Assembly: GCA_000708835.1 (NCBI GenBank)
Contig: DF237179.1
Coordinates: 70,066-134,065 of the forward strand
Source of the DNA: Klebsormidium nitens
Taxonomy: Eukaryota > Plantae > Klebsormidiophyceae
Length of the DNA: 64,000 nucleotides
Direction of reading: 5' to 3'
The translations under genes were made by a program, and so were the position numbers. Positions 11,607 through 24,850 of the stretch are shown here, piece by piece; the first letter of the stretch is position 1; every line of letters begins with the position of its first letter. Under the pieces are notes generated by a model. That model saw nothing but the letters and a program-made list of their open reading frames with translations. It was not told the origin of the DNA and made no database searches.

Positions 11607-11709
11607 GGTGTCTCAGGCTGTGCAGCGACTTCCACCCCTAGGGACGCAAGCTTCCTGCATTCAAATGACGAGTGATCTGCAAAGCTTCTGTCCAATTCAC
11701 GCCTGATGC

Positions 11710-11850
11710 CTGCAAGCGCCAAAGCGCCGCGCTGCGCGCGGCCGCACTACGCGGCGCGGGTTTTGGCACCGCCATGACCCGCGGCGCGGCCGCGGCGCCG
11801 GCCGGCCGCCGAACTCAGTGCGGTGGCGGCCGGCCGGCGCAGTGCGGCAA
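11710..11850. promoter_or_regulatory. GC-rich GCGCGGCCGC cluster upstream of the minus-strand start at 11606
   Basis: Very GC-rich patch about 110 bp from the ATG. Similar patches precede other genes in the window. Confidence 0.3.
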
Positions 11851-13544
11851 TTTACGCCCGCAGAGTTTATCACGGCCGTTCAAGAGACGGGAGATTCGGC
11901 ACGAGCCTTACTGGTTGACCATTACGATGACGATCTGTGTAATCAATTCAACCTTTCACTCCAGAGAGCACTAAACTACGCATGGTAGACTCTGGCATCA
12001 CGCAAATTGGCGGCCGATCCAATGCATTGAATATTGAGGCGAACCGTGCACGCTAGGTACTAACTAAGCTTGAATAGATGCCACGCAGCACATAACGGTA
12101 GGGCTGGCCAGATATGAATTGAATTGATACATTTGTCGAGAGTGAGTGCTCTCCCGCTAACAGCTTTGGCTATACGAGAACCGTCAACTAATGCGACCAT
12201 CGTCAATCGTGGTCTTGGTGATCCATCCCGGCTTCCGTAACCCAAGTCAAGAAGTTCCGGTGGTTCCGCTCATGTTCCGCTGTCGTTCCGTTTGACCGGG
12301 AAAAGCTTTCTTCCCCAGGCCCTAGCCTGCTTCGACCTTTGCTGATTCCCCGACTGATTTGAGCGACGAAGGAATTCAAAAAATTGCATTTGTTATTTTT
12401 GCCAAATGCAGTGCACTTGGATGTGAGGCCAGCAATGAGTAGTCAGGAGTCAGGAGTCAGGAGCTCCCAGCCCCGCCCCCGTAGCGCCCACACGAAAATG
12501 GCACGCCCAAGCAGATTGAAGGTACTCAAAGAGTCGGGCTTCATTAGAAACGGTCAAGACTATTATACGCCAACGACACTAAGAAGTGTACTCTGAACAC
12601 TACCCACGCTGCCCTGACAGGTCGCGTGCTGCTCATCGGCCTGCCAAGCTACCATTGACGAGTTGACTGAATATGAGATGGGAGGATTGTATCGGAGAAA
12701 CAATGTCTACATCATCTCGACTTCTAATAGTTCTCCTTCGAGATTTGAAGTGAAACAAAAATCTTACTATTACACTCTTGTTATCTTGATCTATCGAGAA
12801 TGATCAGGCGTTTCTATTCATTTCCCAGACGCGCTGATCCAAAAATTGGTCCAGCGCCGCCGCCTTCCTGAGGCGATTCAGAGCAATCCTTGGACTCAGG
12901 ACCGACTTGATTTGACTAAACGTTCGCGGGACCGTCGGATCGAGAAAGGGTTTGGCTCTTGGGTTTTCTTAGAAGGTTTCCAGAAGGAAGTTGATTGCTC
13001 AAAGAGAATGCTATGTATGGCGCTATTCTTTGAAGTGCGGCGCTTGCCGCACGTCAAACATGTGACCCGGTGTGTAACATTGGAGGCGCTTAGACGCTTA
13101 CGGTCGACCCACGGATTTGAACTTTGACAGGTGATTTGTCATACTCGTCCTCTTACGTTCAGAACTTACGTTCAGAACTTACAAAAAACCCTTGGTTCTT
13201 CGGTTTCAATACTGCCATTTATTTCTTGTATTTCTTGGGTCAGCAAAAAGCCTGGCAGAGTCAAAGGTACTGCAGGGAGAACCAAACTTCCACTCTTGAG
13301 TCACTCTCAAGGTGACTAGGATTCTGAAGCCGCAGGATCCTTAGTTTATTAATTTTTGTTCACGGGAAAACCAACCCGGCAAACCCAAATTTTGAGCTCT
13401 TTCCCGGTCCGTGATGTACGTTAACCCAGCTCATGATTCCTTTGCCAGCCAGAACTGAGCAATGCTTGAAAGACTGGCTTGCCCGACTTGATCTGACGGT
13501 CCGGCACACCCGGGCGCTTAACGTCTTGAACTGTGCGCGCAACA

Positions 13545-13600
13545 TAGCTGCGCGGCCGCGCTCGGCTGTGCCGCGGACTTAGGGCGCGGCGGCGCGGGGT
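13545..13600. promoter_or_regulatory. GC-rich GCGCGGCCGC patch upstream of the PPR-CBS gene
   Basis: gcgcaacatagctgcgcggccgcgc resembles gcgcaacagcgcggccgccc at ~52862. It is followed by a probable leader exon with a donor at ~13780. Confidence 0.3.
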
Positions 13601-14316
13601 TTCGGGTTTTTCGAAAGGGGAGAATTCACACTTCAGATATCCAGCTAGGACGGATCCTCACAAAGCAAGCAGCATGCCTGGATTGCAACTGCGGCGCTGG
13701 CAACCCATTCTGGACCAGGCGGGGAGCTTCGAGGGAGTTTTGGAGGTGTCCTGATTGATGGTGTCGCTGCTCGCGGAGGTAAGGGTCTTCTTTATGATGA
13801 CTTGGCTCATTTACGAGTCTGGTAGATTATCCTCTACAAGCTTCCTGCAAGTTCTTGGTTTAATTTTCAAAGTGCTGCCAATTTCCCTCTCTTGCTAAAA
13901 GCATGGGGTGCGTGGGAGTGTTTAGAAAAAAGAGATTGTAATTCAACAGTCAAAACTTGACGCGGAGCAGCATTGCCTTTTTACCTTCATATGGACACAA
14001 ATTTTTCATTTACTTGATTATTTGAGATTAGAGGGTTCTAAGTAGTACTTCGGAAAGATAAACCTGGTTGTTGTGTAATGCTGCTATAGATCGAACGTGC
14101 ACGCGGCGCCATCGATAAGTTAATGTACCACCAAGTGCTTAATGAGTTGACGCTGGCTTTCCACACCTTCCAGTAGCTTCCTGTTGACCACCTTATGATT
14201 GAAAGTTGAAAAAAGTTGAAAGGGTCTTTTGACATGCCCTTGAGTGTCCTCTGTTGGTCTGCAGCTTTGACCACCACTATAGAAGGCAGACGCGCTTTCG
14301 TGGACGGAGGTCCAGA

Positions 14317-17300
14317 ATGGCCCGGTGTTGCCGCCCCGCTTCTAGATATGGGTGGAGCCTCGAAACACAAGTAGAGGGAGTCTCGCAAAAGGCGGAGACA
14401 CCAGTTGTTTTACTGCGCGAAGGATGGACCAGAGGAGCACAACTGCAGCTTCTGCGGTGGTCATGCAAAAGAGGTCTGCAAGTGGGTGCTCTGCGCATGG
14501 TGGAACGTGAGGCTTTGGCAAAGCGCAAGGGGTTTCATGGAACTGTGGGGATGGGAGTTGCCCCTGTCGCTGGCAGTCGTCCGGTTGCTGTTCACAGCCT
14601 GTCCGATACTTCCTCTGATGAGGGGTTTCGAGCCGCTGTACAGGAGCTGTCTAAACCCCCAGCCGGCGCTACCAACGGCGCTCCCAGCCCGTCGTCTCCT
14701 GATAGCGCCCCCTCTAGTTTCCCCGACTCAGTTCCTCTCCACCAAAGTGAGGACGACGCCAGTGTCTCCAGCAGAACGTTCACTGTTGAGAAGGGACAGT
14801 CTCGGACCGCCAGACTGAATGGAGCTTCGGACGGTTCAGATGAGGCGCGATGGCAGTCGTCCCGGGGGGCGTCCAGCAGTGCTCCAAGAGACCCCTCTGA
14901 GAGATGGGAGAGGGGCGTCGTACGGCAGCGGCGGACAGTGGTCGATCGCTGGGTGTCTAGCGATGATGAAGAGGACTACCTTTCTAGGAGACCGGCACGC
15001 TATGAAAAGTGGGACCGCAGTCTTGCCAGCGAGTACTCAAACGCGGATCGCACTGATTTCAGGGGGCGTCACAGGCCTTGGGTCCGGGGGGCCCGGGCCC
15101 CGGTTTCGGAACCTGCGGAGGTGACAGGTGGCGAAGAGGGGGATGGACAGGTGGCCACGTTGCAGCGGCGCGTGCCGACAGAACTGTTGGCGATTGTCAG
15201 GAAAAGAAGGGCGCTAGAAAAAGCGCAGCAGGAAGGGTTGGCGAGGGGAAAAGTTTCGGACGTGCTGAAACAAGCGTCCAAATCCTTGGACGAATTAGAA
15301 AAGGGAAAGGCGGCACAAACCGGAAGTGTGACGATCCAGCTGGAAGGTGATGCATCTGAAGGAGGTGAGGGGGGGATATCGGGAGTGGAGGTGCAATGGG
15401 GGAGGCGCTGGCGGAAGGCGCAAGAGCATGGGTTGCAAAGGTCATTGTCGCGGCAAGTAATAAGACTCGCTCGGCGGAAGCAGCTTGATAAGGTAAGGGG
15501 CTTTTCTTGCACCTCCTTTCTTAGACGCGCTTGTCATCCAGTGCTTGGTGGTTCCAAGTGACCTTTTAGGCGCTATCTGCAATCACCGGGTGGCTCCTTG
15601 TGTTTGTTGGAGTCTGCTATACAGGTTTGTCGCCCAAGGCAGCTCAGCAGAATGGGTTCATGGCTGGCGCGTTGAACACAGCAGCCTGGGGCACCATTGC
15701 TTGGCGTGTTGTTGAGCATCTTTCACCTGCCAGTAATGCATATTCGACTGGGTTGGTGCAATCAATGTGACAAGAATCGGCTGTTTCCCACCGTTGAATC
15801 GAGCAACTGATGACTGGACCAATGCGTACCACTTGGCTTTCCGCAGGTCTTTGCAGCAGTTGAAGATGCAAGAACAAAGGGCCTGCAGCCGGATCGCAAG
15901 ACCCTGAACGCGGTCATCGCGGCGTGCGCGCACTGCGGCGATCCTGACCGGGCGCGCGACGTGTTTACTGAGATGGTGGCGAAGGGTGGGCCCGGCGTGA
16001 ACGAAATCGCTTACGGCGCGCTCCTTAGGGTAAGAACGTTTCGTTGGAATTTGGGTTTGTTAACGCGTAGAACTAGCATAACTCTGTGGTTTGTATGTTA
16101 CCGGGCATGCATTGTCTTCACCGAGACGGTTGCAGAGGGTGGACCTGGCACGAACGAAATCATCTACGGCGCGCTTCTTAGGGTGCGGGTTCCCGAGATT
16201 TAACTTCGGGCTTGTTACGCCCACTGAATGGCGATTGAGTACTAGGCTCTGGTTCTGTGAATTTGGTTTATTCTATGCTTCGTGGAGTTACGGGGCCCTT
16301 TGATAGAGCCTGGCTGCTGCAATGAGACACGTCCTCAGTGAAATATACTTTCAACCCCGCATATGAGGTCCGTCTCTTGTGCAGGCTCCAAAAGCCTTGC
16401 ATGTCTTTCAAAAGTCGCTGTGACCGGATGTGACTTGGCTCCTGTAAGGCCCTGAGTGCCGCTGAGGAAGCCCCGCAGTTGCTCAAGACTGATTCTTCGT
16501 CACTGCCCTGGCTCCCTCCATGCACCAGCACGGAATTTTCGAAGCTCAGACGAAGTTGCTCAATCGAATTTATTTTAACACTTTTCAGATGCTCAGCAGT
16601 AAGGTCTATGGAGTGCCTTTCCCGACAGGCCTTGGTTACTGCTGGACGCTCAACGCGGCTGCTCAGAAATGCATACCACTACCACAAACGCCCAACGTAT
16701 TGAAGGAGACCTTTCGAACACTTTCAAGCTGTCAATACTAAAAAGGCCAATTTTCTAGATTCTTTTGAGAGTCCTAAGCTCTAGAGCTTTGAAATGTTGT
16801 GCAGGCATATGGGGCTGCCGGGCGTGTCGAGGAGGCCCTCCGATTGCTCTCTCTCATGAGCTCCCCCACCGCCCCCGGCGCGCCCCAGGTTACGGACGTC
16901 CATGTGGCGACCGTCCTGAACGCGTGTGCGGACGCCGGGGACTCGCTGCGCGCGCGGCAGCTGCTCGAGTCGAGGGGGACGCGGACAACGCTCGCGTACA
17001 ACATGCTGATCAAGGTGTGTGAAAGGCCGGTGCGAAAAGGCTGTAGAGCTTCAAGGATGGCTAGGACCGTGTGACCTAATTTTACGCGTATAAGCATTTG
17101 CGTGTAGCCAAGTCCTGAAGAGGAGGGTTTTAGCATGCTGATCAAAGTGGGAATGAGCAACCGGAGATGTCAATACGCCACTCGCCTTTAATCAAGCTCC
17201 TGGAATCTGGCAGTGTCGAATGGCTGAATGATGATCAGTTTCTGCCAGGAGCATATGACATGCTGGTCAAGGTGTGTGAATGGACCAGAGCTGTGAAGTT

Positions 17301-20300
17301 CTGCGAAAGATTCGAATTCGGACCGTGCCCGGGTTCGCTTAGACGAAATGTCCAGGTCATACGTTTAAAATCAGTTGCATGCAGCGAAGTCTTGAAGCAG
17401 GATTTCGCTTCTTAACATGCTGATCAAGGGTGGGAAAGAGCACCAGAGGTATGAGTACTTCTCGTGGCTCCGATCACGCTTCTTGGATATGGTATCCTCT
17501 GAGTGCCTACTCGGTCCTCTTCATAAGTGCAAGGTCATGTTCTTTTTTGGAACCACTCAAGAACGTCCCGAGAGCAGCGCTCCGCGCTAGCTGTGATCCA
17601 ACGACGCCAAGCATTCCGTTTGCTTGAGACTTTCTGGCCTTTTAACATTGCCCGGTGTTTTTCAGGCGCATGCTAAGTCTGCCACTCCTCTGGGAGCGCT
17701 GCTGATCGTCGACGAGATGCGTGCGCACGGGCTGGCCCTGGACCGCAACACCTACAACAGTTTGATTCTGGCCTGTGTGAATGGGGACAACATGCCCAGG
17801 GCGTGGGAGTTGCTCAAGGAGATGAAGGTGAGGTTTCATAACCAGTTCCCGCTTCGGCTTCTAGTTTGGGTACACAACTTTTTGCATTCTGCTTGGGAGC
17901 CGGGTTGAAGCATGGAAGCATGCTCGCAAAGGGAAGTCGCCATATCGTTGTAAGGTCCTTTGAAGAAAATGTTGGAGTCTTTGAGGGATTTGCCTAGATT
18001 TGGTGCGTTGGATTTTGAGCGGCCTTGTAACAGGCCGATCTTGCCGGTCTCATTCCATAGTGTTGGTGGACCTTGTCATCAGGCACTGTACACGAGCTTT
18101 CAAAATAAATGGTTGCGAACAGTGGTCCTCAGATGCTCGGTATGTTTGCTTACAAGTGCGAACTTTAGAATGTCGTCAGTAGCTAACCAACCCGCCCATG
18201 TGCACTGAAGAAGTCGAGCATCCGCTTCTGTCTTGAATCCCCTGCTTCCAAACACCAGTCCGAACCGCGAGTCCCTCATCGCAGTCCGTTCACAGCTTCC
18301 AGCGTCCTGAAACGATCACTTCCGCCCCTGAAATTGCGACAACAGCTTAAAGTAACCATGTCAGCAACACATTCGAAAAGCAGGAACAAAAATTGTAGGG
18401 GATTCAGAGCTGAAAATTCTTTTCGCCCGCAGTCCCGTTCTAAGTTCCTGGAGAGCCTGCAACTAGCCCCCGACGCCGTCACGTATACGACGCTTCTGCG
18501 CGGCGTTGCGCGCCCCGGCGCGCTCGCGACCGTCCTCCGCCTCGCCGAGGAGATGCACACGTCATCGCCCACGTGTCGGTTCGACCGGGTCGCGTACGGC
18601 GCGCTCTTGGACGCATGCATTAAATGCGGGTCCCCCGACACCGCGGAAAGCGTTTTGGCCGAAATGGAGGAACGCGGGCGCGAGGATCCGAAACTGCGCC
18701 CGGGACCGTACGCGTTCCTGACGCTGATGCGCGCGTTTGCGGCGGACGGGGAATTAGAGCGGTGCGAGGAGCTGCGCGAGGCGATGTTCAGCAGCCGGTG
18801 CGCCGGGTGGGCGACCGTCGCGCAGCGGCAGGAGGCGGACGAGCTGTGCCTCGAGGCGGCGGTCGCCTCAGGTTATGTAAGCGCCCCCACTTAGATAGAA
18901 ACGGGCTCCGGTTCACTTCCTAGCGTTCCGCCGGTCGAGAATCAAAAGTGTACTTTTGCAGTCTGCCAAAATTTCTGGTTTTGGATTCTTCTTGAACGTG
19001 TCGTGCCAAGAGACAATGGTCGCGCAAGGACATGTGATTACCCTCTCGTTTCCGCACCCTCAAGCGAAAAGACTGCAAGCTTGGAAGGTTCCGTTACTTT
19101 CCTCTCTTCGTTCGATCATTCCTGAATCTTCAATCTGCGAAGGTCGGTGACGCATTGCTATCGTTCCTTTTTATAAAATGATCGGTCTGAAGCGCGTCCC
19201 CCGCTTGTGACGGCCCCTCTGCGGCGTATGTTCGCATCCTGTCTTTCTTGCATGGCTGTACATACCCTGGTCAGCATGCTCGTTGTTAGTTAAGCGTGCG
19301 ACTATCCTATTCGCTCCTTCCAGGCTTCTTTCCTGGCTTGCGCTTCACGAGAATGGTGTGAAAGGGGTACCTCTCACCCTTGACCACATATAACCTTTGC
19401 GGAATGCCATTCTTAAAGTTCAGTCACAACTTCTGCTACTATACGTTCCTAAACCCACCATTTATTTTGTCACAGACCGGCCCCGCCAAGCGCCTGCTGC
19501 GCACCATGAAGGCCGTCAAGGAGGGCCGCTCCCTCTCGCAGCGCGCCACCGCCGCGCTCGTCCGCTTATACGCCTCCGAGGGCTTTCCGGCCCAAGACTC
19601 TTTCCGGCTGCAGCCCCTGAAGTTCCGGAAGGACGCCTCCCCAGCTGCGCGTGTGGTGACGAGAAGCCTTCCGGTTATTCCGGAGCTGATGTTTGTGACG
19701 GAAGACAAGGACTTGGGAGAGGTGGCGGTATTGCTGGAGGAGACGCCGGTGGTGCTGGTGGTTCGTGGGCAACCGGCCGAAGGAGGGACGGAGTTTGTGG
19801 GGTATCTGACCAAGGCGGAACTGCGAGGGGTGAGTTTTGCAATTATTAAGATTTACGTATACTGCCTTTGTCTAGGTTTTGCGTCTCAAATGACTGCAGG
19901 TATGCGGACGTCCCTTGGCTTTGCTCGGCGCGGTCTGGTATCGGCGTCGTTGACGTGTTAGGCCTTCCGGAGGGACTGCGCGTTTGAAAGTGTTTGGAAG
20001 CGTGCACCTTCGTGCATCGACCGTACTCTGTCGGAAAACGCGTGTGCAGCCTCTGATCAGAACGCAGGGAAGTCCAATCAAGTTCGTCTGGTTTCAGAAC
20101 GTAGGGACCATTAACCAGGTTCGTCTAGTTTCCCGGTCAGTCACGGCGTGATCAAGTAGAGTCAATTTTGCACCGACTTCGCTTGACGTCGTGCATGCCT
20201 GTGGCTTGTCCATGGCTTTTACGACGGAGAGCCATGGTTCTGGCGCTTCAAAACAGTCTACTCTGCTTAACTTCTGAAATACGAGTGTCTTTCCAGGGGG

Positions 20301-20956
20301 ATCGCCAAGTAGCGGAGCTGATGCGGCCGCTGGCCCCCCCGATTGCGTTCGACGACCCCATCTCTCACGCCGCCACGCTGCTGCTGCAAAGCTCGAGCGA
20401 GGTCCTTCTGGTTGTCGAAACGGAGCCCAGAAGCCGTTCGAGGGGGCAAGAAACGCAGCCAAGCAACCCCCCCGGAGGCAAAGCGCTGGCGACGGTAGTT
20501 GGGATTGTGACACGTGGCCAGCTGTTTGAGGGGGTCTCTGAGGGCGGGGCGTCTTCCGGGTACCAGAGCGACGACGAGTCCGGTCTGGAGATGATCAAAC
20601 AGGACTTGAGCAAGCGGGGGGCGGTGGTCTCCCCGCATAATCCGGAAGAGGTTCCGCGTAATCCGGAAGAGGGGCGGGCGTTTCCCTGGAGGTCCCGTCT
20701 GGCACAGTTATTCAGAAAGGGAGAATTGAGCGAACTAGAAGGGGCGGAAAGCGAGGGGGAGATGGCGGTGGAAGACGATCTAGGGTTGGAAATGATCCGC
20801 CAAGACATGATGAAGTTGGACGGCGGTCCGGTCGGGAAGAAGAGCGGCGCGAAGAAGGACCAAAAGAGCAGGCGGGCGCTATCGCGGCTGGCATATCTGG
20901 AAGGACTTGACCTCGACACGGATGATTTGCTCGGGGCAGACAAGAGGAAAAGCTGA
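14317..20956 (+). CDS. P-type pentatricopeptide repeat protein with C-terminal CBS pair (At5g10690/CBSPPR1-like)
   Basis: Exons 14317-15492, 15847-16029, 16805-17014, 17666-17827, 18433-18876, 19476-19829, 20297-20956, all phase 0. Motifs RRKQLDKV, TLNAVIAACAHCGD, YNMLIKA, DRNTYNSLILAC, PDAVTYTTLLRG, LRPGPYAFLTLMRAFA, QEADELCLEAA follow At5g10690 as I recall it. CBS-like exons at the end. Confidence 0.88.
15960..16188 (+). repeat. Intronic copy of PPR exon end and donor
   Basis: gtgtttactgagatggtggcgaagggtgggcccggcgtgaacgaaatcgcttacggcgcgctccttagg|gt versus gtcttcaccgagacggttgcagagggtggacctggcacgaacgaaatcatctacggcgcgcttcttagg|gt (16114-16184). Confidence 0.9.
17000..17438 (+). repeat. Four copies of the exon-end/donor motif aacatgctgatcaag|gtgtgtgaa at ~125-155 bp spacing
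   Basis: Copies at ~17000 (functional), ~17133, ~17257 and ~17414. Confidence 0.85.
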
Positions 20957-21883
20957 TAATAGTCTGTCCTAGGCTGCCTCGTTGTTATGTTGAGATGACT
21001 CCTGACTTTCAGTAGACGCGTTGTGCTTGACAGTTCGAGTCTTGTGAGAAATCTTGATGTGTTATTTCAATCGAGCATGGTGCAACACGTCATCTAACAG
21101 GATATCCGATTGTTGAGGCCAGGCTACAAAGGACACAAGTAAGTCGCTGCTGAACCTGCACTTGGCATACTCTTGATCTCATCGATTCACTTACTCCATT
21201 CACTGGACATTGAATGTTAGTAAGCTTGATGCTTCTTATGTGTATGGCCGGACTCTCAGATCAATCATGGGCCTGTATCACTGATGATTACGAAAGGGTG
21301 TGAGCTTTCAAATGATCAGCAGTGGGGCAAATGATATATTCAGCGCAGGCGAGCCGTGCGCTCGCTGTTGTAGCGTTAGGAGATTGAGCGCGAGCGTTAG
21401 CGGCTGCTCGAAGAGCCATACATGGCATACGTAATCTACCAAGGCAATCATCATCGGATGTTTACTTCAGCTTTACCTTACCGGCCATAACGTTCGACGA
21501 ATGTGACTGCAGCATGTAGCGACCTAGACCGTTGACCCATGAGCAGGCTACATTCAAAGCTACTCTCCTGGTCGCATGCGTTGGTCTGATGTGCATATGC
21601 CGCTTTATGCCGGTGACGCGTCATTAAATCTAAAGGGGCACTTTGTAGCGCGGCGCCCGCGAGTGATTGCAAAAGAAGGATCATAGATTGACTGTAGCAG
21701 CTAATGCGCCGCCTATGGACGTCACATTTCGGGTATCATGCCTGCAGGACATTGGAAACAGTTTAACGACGTACTTGAAGCGAAGCGTTGCTTAAGATTT
21801 GCTTTTTGGCCGTTGCTTCCTCTTTACCCGGCTCTGGTTGCTGTACGTGAATAAAACCTGGCTTAGGGGAAATCTATCCTGCT

Positions 21884-21947
21884 GAACATACCCGGACATA
21901 ACATACCATACCCGGACATAACATACCCGGACATACCTGAACATAAC
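21884..21947. repeat. Degenerate 5-nt-period repeat (acata/cccgg)
   Basis: gaacatacccggacataacataccatacccggacataacatacccggacatacctgaacataac. Confidence 0.8.
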
Positions 21948-22890
21948 GTGACCTCGTGCTCTGCACACCGTTGAGGCGGGCTCAGGTGCTGCGGCGCCCG
22001 CGGGTCCGGCCGGCTGCATACATACAATTGGACTGCCTTTTCTAAAATGATCCATTGACGTTCAAAATTAAGCATCAAATTGGCCCCAACATTGGGGCCA
22101 CTCCGCACCTCTCTTGTTGGGCGATAGGATTCTCAGTAAGCAACCGCCGCGCGTCAGTAACGGGGAAGCTCCGACATCAGAAGTGTTGAGAACGGACAGC
22201 GTATCATTGCTGTTAGCTCGGCACGTGTGGCATCAGAACAAATTGAAGAGGGGCGTTCACCAGGCGCCGGGCAGGCGCCGCTATTTTTCAGTTCCGTTCC
22301 TATAATCTTGAACTTTGAGGCAACGCCTTTTAGCCGGGTAGAAGAACTTACATAAGAATCATTACGTCCTTCGATTGGTTTTTATGATTCCGAGCGGTCG
22401 TGAGCATCTGCACTAGAAAGGAGGCCTCGAATTCCGGACACCACCTTGCAGAAGCCGACTACGACGAGCCCGCACCAAGAACAACATTATGCAATATCAA
22501 ACATCAGGCCCCAGCAATGTTAGCTGGCAACCTTAGAGTCCATCCAAAACTTTCTGGCCCTAAAGGTTACCCGGCAAACTTGTTCACTCTTGACTCTTTT
22601 TTGTGGATTAGACGGTTAAAAAATTCAAAAGCAGCGAAGAGTATATAGTTGCAGACGAACAAGTCCTACCAAGTTACTAGTACAAGTTGCATTCTGCTCA
22701 TATCATCTATGGTTGCCAATGCCAAGCTGCTGATACCGAAAATACATGAGAGACACCGCTGATTGATATCAACCTGGCTCAGTGTGGCTGAAACATAATT
22801 ATATTAGATTCTGCAAGCTCATCTGTGCAAGGCGAGTGGCGCTGAATCACTGAGTCAAGCAGAGATTGAATCAGAGACTAGCAAACAAGG

Positions 22891-23193
22891 TCAGCGCATG
22901 CAGAAAAGGGCACGATCATGGTTACTACCCTTCAACAAGTCGAGAAGCATTTCAGCTTCGTTTTGAAGGAGCACTTGCATCTGGTGCTGGTGTAATATCC
23001 GCTCTTGGACGAGGTCGAGCTCCCACACTATCATGTCCACCATGTCTGGTTTCTTCAAGACAGACTTCTTTCTGGCTTCTTCTTCGAGCTCCTTCTCCCT
23101 CTTTTGCCATTTCAGAATCTTCTCCTCGTCTCGTAGAAGCCGTTCTCCAAGCTCTACGAGTTCTTTTTCAATGAATTCAAGGGACAACGACAT
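22891..23193 (-). CDS. Hypothetical 100-aa charged coiled-coil ORF or fragment
   Basis: Helical, E/K/L-rich translation (ELVELGERLLRDEEKILKWQKREKELEEEARKK). No family recognised. Confidence 0.3.
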   Translation of the reverse strand: MSLSLEFIEKELVELGERLLRDEEKILKWQKREKELEEEARKKSVLKKPDMVDMIVWELDLVQERILHQHQMQVLLQNEAEMLLDLLKGSNHDRALFCMR

Positions 23194-24047
23194 GGTGTGA
23201 ATCTGAGCTGTCTTTAGCCTTCAGTAACCTGCTTTGCACCTTCGCCCGTCTGAGCTGTTGCCAAGATTGAGGCGATGAAGCGACGCTGCCTGTTTGCACA
23301 AGGGCCTTTCACGATTCTGTGTGCGCGCCTGTGCGCGCCGCGCGCGGTATTTGATTGATGACTCTGGAAAGTTGCACCGGGGGCGGCCGCGGCTGGAGGT
23401 TTAGGCGAGGTCAAAGATTTTGAGGGCGGCTTCGACTATCTGCACCGTTCGATGCAGCTGCTGCGTACGATCGCACGGCAGCTGTGCTGCCGCTCAGGGT
23501 TTGCTCTTTGATTTGCTGCCGCACTCTGCCGCGGCTGTTCATCCGTCGACAGTGTGAACACTGAAATCTTCTGAGTGCTTGGTCACGTAGCTTGACTGAT
23601 CGTGAGATCGTCAAAACTTCTCATATCTTGGGGGCCGCTTCGCGACTGCACAGCTGACAGAATGCTGTCAGCAACTTTGCACAACAAGGTGCAGATACGC
23701 AAGCTTGAAACAAATGACTTTGAACAAACCAAATTCTGCTGGTTTGCGGTCTATGTCAAATTTGACTGCTCGTGTTTCTTCATTGCCGTTAGGTGCATCT
23801 GCAAAAGCCTTTAGGAGTAGTCCCATGCGGTTCTGCGAAAACGAGCTGTGGAATGAGCAGAAAATTAAGGCTCCAAGCTATCAAGCTAATCCCAGAATGT
23901 TACAGACATGAGTTGCGATGTAATTCCAGGGACAAAAGGAAGATTTCAACGCCTATTCACGGGCCGGGTGCTCCTTCAAAGAGGAGAACCATCGACTGCG
24001 TCGAGCAGGTCCGTCAAGGAAGTAATAGAAAAAGTTCTCTGGAGGCT

Positions 24048-24155
24048 AAGTCAACAAGAGGAAGTCAACAAGAATTCAACGAGAGGAAGTCAACAAGAAT
24101 TCAAAAAGAAGAGTCGACAAGAAGTCAACAAGAGGTCACGAGAAGGTCAACAACA
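24048..24155 (+). repeat. Degenerate short tandem repeat (aagtcaacaaga units)
   Basis: About 7 variants of gtcaacaaga in 110 bp. Confidence 0.75.
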
Positions 24156-24643
24156 GGAGAGCAGGAGCAGCCCCGATGACGAAGTGGGTGAGCTTTGGAA
24201 GAGCTCGCTTCAGCGTGGCGGCAGAAGCTGATCAATCAATCAAGAGTCACACGGTGCTCAATCTGTTGGAGTGGATTTGGTTCAGAAGCATGCACGAGAT
24301 TGCAAGAAACGATGGTGAAATTTTGGAAGCATCAGCCAGGGCTTTGGGCAGGTTGCAGTGGTTTGTGAACAGATTATTGCAAGAAATCGTTAGATTAGAG
24401 TGGTAGAGCAGGTGGTCAGCAGGTATGCACATAGCTATAGCAAGGATTGCGGTTCTAGTTCATTCCCTGTGTCCATCGTTTGTTCATCGATAGAATGCCC
24501 CTGCGCTTTGCCGTGCAGAAACGACACACTTTCTTCGTCCAACCGGGTCATTGTCCAACAACATCAGGCGGATCGGGTGGATCGCGAAAAGCTGGCTTCA
24601 TCGATAGCGGTCGCAGAAGTTGGCCCAAGAACTAGAGGTGAGT

Positions 24644-24850
24644 GAAGTGGTGTCTCAGATGCTGCCCTTCTTGCTGTCTGGCGCCCGGCGCCTCCGGGCG
24701 TCTGGCGCCTCCGGGCGTCGGCAGCTCAGGCTGTCGGCGGCTCCGGGCGTCGGCAGCTCCGGCTGTCGGTGGCTCCGGCCGCTTACGTCTGCGGACGGAG
24801 GGCTTAAATTTGCCCGACAGCAAGGGGGGCAGCATCTGAGACACCACTTC
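24644..24850. repeat. 207-bp foldback (MITE-like) with 39-bp inverted arms
   Basis: Left arm 24644-24682 gaagtggtgtctcagatgctgcccttcttgctgtctggc; right arm 24812-24850 reverse-complements to gaagtggtgtctcagatgctgccccccttgctgtcgggc (3 mismatches). Interior has tandem ctccgggcgtc(g/t)ggc units. No TSD recognised. Confidence 0.8.

Noticed and set aside
11900-13500. Possible gene between the divergent ankyrin and PPR genes
   Set aside because: Only short ORFs with no recognisable motif or consistent exon chain.
23793-24406. ATGA-overlapping ORF pair suggesting a prokaryotic or viral operon
   Set aside because: The upstream ORF is mostly a simple repeat; the overlap is probably chance.
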